A stretch of 64,000 nt of DNA from Paragordius varius (taxonomy: Eukaryota; Animalia; Nematomorpha): positions 186,001 to 250,000 of the forward strand of contig OZ176051.1 of the NCBI GenBank assembly GCA_964247055.1. The letters run 5' to 3'. Made by a program: the position numbers and the translations under genes. Shown in pieces: positions 55,600 through 64,000 of the stretch (position 1 is the stretch's first letter; each line of letters opens with the position of its first letter). A model generated the notes under the pieces. That model saw only the letters and a program-made list of their open reading frames with translations, searched no databases and was not told where the DNA came from.

Positions 55600-58500
55600 G
55601 ATTTTAAAAATAAAAATGGCTACCTAAAATCCAAATTTGATCAGGTGATGTCACTATAATTTTTTTGGGTAGCCCTATGGTAGTTCCATCATCACCTCAA
55701 ATATTTTGAGGATCGGACTATAAATGTAATTTTTATGAACTTTTTAAATATTTAAAAAATTTATTTTATACGATTTTAAAAATAAAAATGGCTACCGAAA
55801 ATCCAAATTTGATCAGGTGATGTTACCATAATTTTTTTTGGGTAGCCCTATGGTAGTTCCATCATCACCCCAAATATTTTCGAGATCGGAGTATAAATGT
55901 AATTTTTATGAATTTTTTAAATATTTAAAAAATTTATTTTCTACGATTTTAAAAATAAAAATGGCTACCTAAAATCCAAATTTGATCAGGTAATGTCACC
56001 ATAATTTTTTTTGGGTAGCCCTATGGTAGTTCCATCATCATTCCAAATATTGTCGAGATCGGAGTATAAATGTAATTTTTATGAATTTTTTAAATATTTA
56101 AAAAATTTATTTTATACGATTTTAAAAATAAAAATGGCTACCTAAAATCCAAATTTGATCAGGTGATGTCACCATAATTTTTTTTGGGTAGCCCTATGGT
56201 AATTCCATCATCACCCCAAATATTGTCGAGATCGGAGTATAAATGTAATTTTTTTGAATTTTTTAAATATTTAAAAAATTTATTTTATACGATTTTAAAA
56301 ATAAAAATGGCTACCTAAAATCCAAATTTGATCAGGTGATGTCACTATAATTTTTTTGGGTAGCCCTATAGTAGTTCCATCATCACCCCAAATATTTTAG
56401 GGATCGGAGTATAAATGTATTTTTTATAAATTTTTCAAATATTTAAAAAATTTATTTTATACGATTTTAAAAATAAAAATGGCTACCTAAAATCCAAATT
56501 TGATCAGGTGATGTCACCATAATTTTTTTTGGGTAGCCCTATGGTAGTTCCATCATCACATCAATAATTTTCGAGATCGGAGTATAAATGTAATTTTTAT
56601 GAATTTTTTAAATATTTAAAAAATTTATTTTATACGATTTTAAAAATAAAAATGGCTACCTAAAATCCAAATTTGATCAGGTGATGTTACTATAAATATT
56701 TTGGGTAGCCCTATGGTAGTTCCATCATCACCCCAAATATTTTGGGGATCGGACTATAAATGTAATTTTTATGAATTTTTTAAATATTTAAAAAATTTAT
56801 TTTATACGATTTTAAAAATAAAAATGGCTACCTAAAATCCAAATTTGATCAGGTGATGTCACTATAATTTTTTTTGGGTAGCCCTATGGTAGTTCCATCA
56901 TCACCCCAAATATTTTCGAGATCGGAGTATAAATGTAATTTTTATGAATTTTTTAAATATTTAAAAAATTTATTTTATACGATTTTAAAAATAAAAATGG
57001 CTACCTAAAATCCAAATTTGATCAGGTGATGTCACTATAATTTTTTTGGGTAGCCCTATGGTAGTTCCATCATTACCCCAAATATTTTGGGGATCGGACT
57101 ATAAATGTAATTTTTATGAATTTTTTAAATATTTAAAAAATTTATTTTATACGATTTTAAAAATAAAAATGGCTACCTAAAATCCAAATTTGATCAGGTG
57201 ATGTCGCCATAATTTTTTTTGGGTAGCCCTATGGTAGTTCCATCATCACCCCGAATACTTTGGGGATCGGACTATAAATATAATTTTTATGAATTTTTTA
57301 AATATTTAAAAAATTTATTTTATACGATTTTAAAAATAAAAATGGCTACCTAAAATCCAAATTTGATCAGGTGATCTCACCATAATTTTTTTTGGGTAGC
57401 CCTATGGTAGTTCCATCATCACATCAAATATTTTCGAGATCGGAGTATAAATGTAATTTTTATGAATTTTTTAAATATTTAAAAAATTTATTTTATACGA
57501 TTTTAAAAATAAAAATGGCTACCTAAAATCCAAATTTGATCAGGTGATGTCACTATAATTTTTTTGGGTAGCCCTATGGTAGTTCCATCATCACCCCAAA
57601 TATTTTGGGGATCGGACTATAAATGTAATTTTTATGAATTTTTTAAATATTTAAAAAATTTATTTTATACGATTTTAAAAATAAAAATGGCTACCTAAAA
57701 TCCAAATTTGATCAGGTGATGTCACTATAATTTTTTTTGGGTAGCCCTATGGTAGTTCCATCATCACCCCAAATATTTTCGAGATCGGAGTATAAATGTA
57801 ATTTTTATGAATTTTTTAAATATTTAAAAAATTTATTTTATACGATTTTAAAAATAAAAATGGCTACCTAAAATCCAAATTTGATCAGGTGATGTCACTA
57901 TATTTTTTTTGGGTAGCCCTATGTTAGTTCCATCATTACCCCAAATATTTTGGGGATCGGACTATAAATGTAATTTTTATGAATTTTTTAAATATTTAAA
58001 AAATTTATTTTATACGATTTTAAAAATAAAAATGGCTACCTAAAATCCAAATTTGATCAGGTGATGTCACTATAATTTTTTTGGGTAGCCCTATGGTAGT
58101 TCCATCATCACCTCAAATATTTTGAGGATCGGACTATAAATGTAATTTTTATGAACTTTTTAAATATTTAAAAAATTTATTTTATACGATTTTAAAAATA
58201 AAAATGGCTACCGAAAATCCAAATTTGATCAGGTGATGTCACCATAATTTTTTTTGGGTAGCCCTATGGTAATTCCATCATCACCCCAAATATTGTCGAG
58301 ATCGGAGTATAAATGTAATTTTTTTGAATTTTTTAAATATTTAAAAAATTTATTTTCTACGATTTTAAAAATAAAAATGGCTACCTAAAATCCAAATTTG
58401 ATCAGGTAATGTCACCATAATTTTTTTTGGGTAGCCCTATGGTAGTTCCATCATCATTCCAAATATTGTCGAGATCGGAGTATAAATGTAATTTTTATGA

Positions 58501-60250
58501 ATTTTTTAAATATTTAAAAAATTTATTTTATACGATTTTAAAAATAAAAATGGCTACCTAAAATCCAAATTTGATCAGGTGATGTCACCATAATTTTTTT
58601 TGGGTAGCCCTATGGTAATTCCATCATCACCCCAAATATTGTCGAGATCGGAGTATAAATGTAATTTTTTTGAATTTTTTAAATATTTAAAAAATTTATT
58701 TTATTCGATTTTAAAAATAAAAATGGCTACCTAAAATACAAATTTGATCAGGTGATGTCTCCATAATTTTTTTTGGGTAGCCCTATGGTAGTTCCATCAT
58801 CACCCCAAATATTTTGGGGATTGGACTATAAATGTAATTTTTATGAATTTTTTAAATATTTAAAAAATTTATTTTATACGATTTTAAAAATAAAAATGGC
58901 TACCTAAAATCCAAATTTGATCAGGTGATGTCACTATAATTTTTTTGGGTAGCCCTATAGTAGTTCCATCATCACCCCAAATATTTTAGGGATCGGAGTA
59001 TAAATGTAATTTTTATAAATTTTTCAAATATTTAAAAAATTTATTTTATACGATTTTAAAAATAAAAATGGCTACCTAAAATCCAAATTTGATCAGGTGA
59101 TGTCACCATAATTTTTTTTGGGTAGCCCTATGGTAGTTCCATCATCACATCAAATATTTTCGAGATCGGAGTATAAATGTAATTTTTATGAATTTTTTAA
59201 ATATTTAAAAAATTTATTTTATACGATTTTAAAAATAAAAATGGCTACCTAAAATCCAAATTTGATCAGGTGATGTCACTATAATTTTTTTGGGTAGCCC
59301 TATGGTAGTTCCATCATCACCCCAAATATTTTGGGGATCGGACTATAAATGTAATTTTTATGAATTTTTTAAATATTTAAAAAATTTATTTTATACGATT
59401 TTAAAAATAAAAATGGCTACCTAAAATCCAAATTTGATGAGGTGATGTCACTATAATTTTTTTGGGTAGCCCTATGGTAGTTCCATCATCACCCCAAATA
59501 TTTTGGGGATCGGACTATAAATGTAATTTTTATGAATTTTTTAAATATTTAAAAAATTTATTTTATACGATTTTAAAAATAAAAATGGCTACCTAAAATC
59601 CAAATTTGATCAGGTGATGTCACTATAATTTTTTTTGGGTAGCCCTATGGTAGTTCCATCATCACCCCAAATATTTTCGAGATCGGAGTATAAATGTAAT
59701 TTTTATGAATTTTTTAAATATTTAAAAAATTTATTTTATACGATTTTAAAAATAAAAATGGCTACCTAAAATCCAAATTTGATCAGGTGATGTCACTATA
59801 ATTTTTTTGGGTAGCCCTATGGTAGTTCCATCATTACCCCAAATATTTTGGGGATCGGACTATAAATGTAATTTTTATGAATTTTTTAAATATTTAAAAA
59901 ATTTATTTTATACGATTTTAAAAATAAAAATGGCTACCTAAAATCCAAATTTGATCAGGTGATGTCGCCATAATTTTTTTTGGGTAGCCCTATGGTAGTT
60001 CCATCATCACCCCGAATACTTTGGGGATCGGACTATAAATGTAATTTTTATGAATTTTTTAAATATTTAAAAAATTTATTTTATACGATATTAAAAATAA
60101 AAATGGCTACCTAAAATCCAAATTTGATCAGGTGATGTCACCATAATTTTTTTTGGGTAGCCCTATGGTAGTTCCATCATCACCCCAAATATTTTCGAGA
60201 TCGGAGTATAAATGTAATTTTTATGAATTTTTTAAATATTTAAAAAATTT
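55600..60250. repeat. Duplicated block whose offset grows from 14 to 15 to 16 monomers
   Basis: ctaccGaaaa 55797/58213 (2416); ttttAggg 56399/58988 (2589); cccGaataC 57253/60014 (2761). Confidence 0.87.
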
Positions 60251-60989
60251 ATTTTATACGATTTTAAAAATAAAAATGGCTACCTAAAAACCAAATTTGA
60301 TCAGGTGATGTCGCCATAATTTTTTTTGGGTAGCCCTATAGTAGTTCCATCATCACCCCAAATATTTTAGGGATCGGAGTATAAATGTAATTTTTATAAA
60401 TTTTTAAATATTTAAAAAATTTATTTTATACGATTTTAAAAATAAAAATGGCTACCTAAAATCCAAATTTGATCAGGTGATGTCGCCATAATTTTTTTTG
60501 GGTAGCCCTATGGTAGTTCCATCATCACCCCTAATACTTTGGGGATCGGACTATAAATGTAATTTTTATGAATTTTTTAAATATTTAAAAAATTTATTTT
60601 ATACGATATTAAAAATAAAAATGGCTACCTAAAATCCAAATTTGATCAGGTGATGTCACCATAATTTTTTTTGGGTAGCCCTATGGTAGTTCCATCATCA
60701 CCCCAAATATTTTCGAGATCGGAGTATAAATGTAATTTTTATGAATTTTTTAAATATTTAAAAAATTTATTTTATACGATTTTAAAAATAAAAATGGCTA
60801 CCTAAAATCCAAATTTGATCAGGTGATGTCGCCATAATTTTTTTTGGGTAGCCCTATAGTAGTTCCATCATCACTTAAAATATTTTAGGGATCGGAGTAT
60901 AAATGTAATTTTTATGAATTTTTTAAATATTTAAAAAATTTATTTTATACGATTTTAAAAATAAAAATGGCTACCTAAAATCCAGATTT

Positions 60990-61660
60990 GATCAGGTGAT
61001 GTCGCCATAATTTTTTTTGGGTAGCCCTATGGTAGTTCCATCATCACCCCAAATATTTTGGGGGGGGGACTATAAATGTAATTTTTATGAATATTTAAAA
61101 AATTTATTTTATACGATTTTAAAAATAAAAATGGCTATCTAAAATCCAAATTTGATCAGGTGATGTCACCATAATTTTTTTTGGGTAGCCCTATGGTAGT
61201 TCCATCATCACCCCAAATATTGTCGAGATCGGAGTATAAATGTAATTTTTTTGAATTTTTTAAATATTTAAAAAATTTATTTTATACGATTTTAAAAATA
61301 AAAATGGCTACTTAAAATCCAAATTTGATCAGGTGATGTCGCCATAAATTTTTTTGCGTAGTCCTATGGTAGTTCCATCATCACCCCAAATATTTTGGGG
61401 GGGGGGACTATTAATGTAATTTTTATGAATATTTAAAAAATTTATTTTATACGATTTTAAAAATAAAAATGGCTATCTAAAATCCAAATTTGATCAGGTG
61501 ATGTCACCATAATTTTTTTTGGGTAGCCCTATGGTAGTTCCATCATCACCCCAAATATTGTCGAGATCGGAGTATAAATGTAATTTTTTTGAATTTTTTA
61601 AATATTTAAAAAATTTATTTTATACGATTTAAAAATAAAAAGGCTACCTAAAATCCAAAT
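60990..61660. repeat. 2-monomer tandem duplication (offset 337 bp) carrying a G9/G10 run and a 9-bp palindrome-arm deletion
   Basis: G-run at 61060-61068 and 61397-61406. Each is followed by 'atgaatatttaaaaaa' and 'ggctatct'. 2x173-9=337. Confidence 0.92.
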
Positions 61661-64000
61661 TTGATCAGGTGATGTCGCCATAATTTTTTTTGGGTAGCCC
61701 TATGGTAGTTCCATCATCACCTCAAATATTTTGGGGATTGGACTATAAATGTAATTTTTATGAATTTTTTAAATATTTAAAAAATTTATTTTATACGATT
61801 TTAAAAATAAAAATGGCTACCTAAAATCCAAATTTGATCAGGTGATGTCACCATAATTTTTTTGGGTAGCCCTATGGTAGTTCCATCATCACCCCAAATA
61901 TTTCGAGATCGGAGTATAAATGTAATTTTTATGAATTTTTTAAATATTTAAAAAATTTATTTTATACGATTTTAAAAATAAAAATGGCTACCTAAAATCC
62001 AAATTTGATCAGGTGATGTCGCCATAATTTTTTTTGGGTAGCCCTATAGTAGTTCCATCATCACCCCCAAATATTTTGGAGGATCGGACTATAAATGTAA
62101 TTTTTATGAATTTTTTAAATATTTAAAAAATTTATTTTATACGATTTTAAAAATAAAAATGGCTACCTAAAATCCAAATTTGATCAGGTGATGTCACCAT
62201 AATTTTTTTTGGGTAGCCCTATGGTAGTTCCATCATCACCCCAAATATTTTCGAGATCGGAGTATAAATGTAATTTTTATGAATTTTTTAAATATTTAAA
62301 AAATTTATTTTATACGATTTTAAAAATAAAAATGGCTACCTAAAATCCAAATTTGATCAGGTGATGTCGCCATAATTTTTTTTGGGTAGCCCTATAGTAG
62401 TTCCATCATCACCCCAAATATTTTGGAGGATCGGACTATAAATGTAATTTTTATGAATTTTTTAAATATTTAAAAAATTTATTTTATACGATTTTAAAAA
62501 TAAAAATGGCTACCTAAAATCCAAATTTGATCAGGTGATGTCACCATAATTTTTTTTGCGTAGCCCTATGGTAGTTCCATCATCACCCCAAATATTTTGG
62601 GGATCGGACTATAAATGTAATTTTTATGAATTTTTTAAATATTTAAAAAATTTATTTTATACGATTTTAAAAATAAAAATGGCTACCTAAAATCCAAATT
62701 TGATCAGGTGATGTCGCCATAATTTTTTTTGGGTAGCCCTATGGTAGTTCCATCATCACCCCAAATATTTTGGGGATCGGACTATAAATGTAATTTTTAT
62801 GAATTTTTTAAATATTTAAAAAATTTATTTTATACGATTTTAAAAATAAAAATGGCTAATTAAAATCCAAATTTGATCAGGTGATGTCGCCATAATTTTT
62901 TTTGGGTAGCCCTATGGTAGTTCCATCATCACCCCAAATATTTTCGAGATCGGAGTATAAATGTAATTTTTATGAATTTTTTAAATATTTAAAAAATTTA
63001 TTTTATACGATTTTAAAAATAAAAATGGCTACCTAAAATCCAAATTTGATCAGGTGATGTCGCCATAATTTTTTTTGGGTTATAGTAGTTCCATCATCAC
63101 CCCAAATATTTTGGAGGATCGGACTATAAATGTAATTTTTATGAATTTTTTAAATATTTTAAAAATTTATTTTATACGATTTTAAAAATAAAAATGGCTA
63201 CCTAAAATCCAAATTTGATCATGTGATGTCACCATAATTTTTTTTGGGTAGCCCTATGGTAGTTCCATCATCACCCCAAATATTTTCGAGATCGGAGTAT
63301 AAATGTAATTTTTATGAATTTTTTAAATATTTAAAAAATTTATTTTATACGATTTTAAAAATAAAAATGGCTACCTAAAATCCAAATTTGATCAGGTGAT
63401 GTCGCCATAATTTTTTTTGGGTAGCCCTATAGTAGTTCCATCATCACCCCAAATATTTTTAAGATCGGAGTATAAATGTAATTTTTATGAATTTTTTAAA
63501 TATTTAAAAAATTTATTTTATACGATTTTAAAAATAAAAATGGCTACCTAAAATCCAAATTTGATCAGGTGATGTCGCCATAATTTTTTTTGGGTAGCCC
63601 TATAGTAGTTCCATCATCACCCCAAATATTTTTAAGATCGGAGTATAAATGTAATTTTTATGAATTTTTTAAATATTTAAAAAATTTATTTTATACGATT
63701 TTTAAAATAAAAATGGCTACCTAAAATCCAAATTTGATCAGGTGATGTCACCATAATTTTTTTTGGGTAGCCCTATAGTAGTTCCATCATCACCCCAAAT
63801 ATTGTCGAGATCGGAGTATAAATGTAATTTTTTTGAATTTTTTAAATATTTAAAAAATTTATTTTATACGATTTTAAAAATAAAAATGGCTACCTAAAAT
63901 CCAAATTTGATCAGGTGATGTCGCCATAATTTTTTTCCGTAGCCCTATGGTAGTTCCATCATCACCCCAAATATTTTGGAGGATCGGACTATAAATGTAA

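Larger units (their letters stand above)
1..64000. repeat. 173-bp AT-rich satellite DNA tandem array (~370 head-to-tail monomers, single orientation, continues beyond both window edges)
   Basis: The motif tcgga(g/c)t recurs at 1, 174, 347, 520 and 693 (period 173) and on to the end. Monomers differ by a few substitutions and small indels (many are 172 bp because of a T7 instead of T8 run). No unique sequence interrupts the array. Confidence 0.99.

Noticed and set aside
61060-61406. G-quadruplex at the G9/G10 runs
   Set aside because: These are single isolated G runs 337 bp apart, not four closely spaced G-tracts.
1-64000. CRISPR array or other repeat-spacer system
   Set aside because: The entire 173 bp repeats. 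There are no unique spacers, leader or cas genes; the variable part differs only by a few substitutions.
1-64000. Transposon insertion, strand inversion, telomeric repeat, rDNA/5S/tRNA units
   Set aside because: None seen. Every line fits the same monomer in the same orientation, and there are no RNA-gene motifs.
1-64000. Variant pattern as an information-bearing code or programmed diversification system
   Set aside because: The variant order is explained by ordinary block duplication, unequal exchange and conversion. Nothing in the window (enzyme gene, template, fixed cassette boundaries) supports a dedicated mechanism.

Overview
The whole 64-kb window is one uninterrupted, head-to-tail tandem array of a 173-bp, AT-rich (45 G+C of 173, ~26% GC) satellite monomer. 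There are about 370 copies, all in the same orientation. I found no genes, RNA genes, transposon insertions, CRISPR spacers, telomeric repeats or inversions. Working consensus (phase of position 1): tcggagtataaatgtaatttttatgaattttttaaatatttaaaaaatttattttatacgattttaaaaataaaaatggctacctaaaatccaaatttgatcaggtgatgtcaccataattttttttgggtagccctatggtagttccatcatcaccccaaatattttcgaga. This looks like eukaryotic heterochromatic, possibly (peri)centromeric, satellite DNA; I cannot name the organism or repeat family. The notable content is internal. (i) The monomer is rich in dyad symmetry: a perfect 24-bp palindrome, a nested 12-bp inverted repeat and a 12-bp hairpin. Several variants delete or perfect these dyads. 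(ii) Rare shared variants reveal local 1- to 16-monomer duplications, an emerging ~14-mer higher-order repeat at 36-52 kb, and block copies 3.8-12.4 kb apart. (iii) Variant subfamilies turn over along the array. I see no evidence for a protein-coding 'system'. All coordinates and counts come from reading by eye, so block boundaries are approximate to about one monomer.
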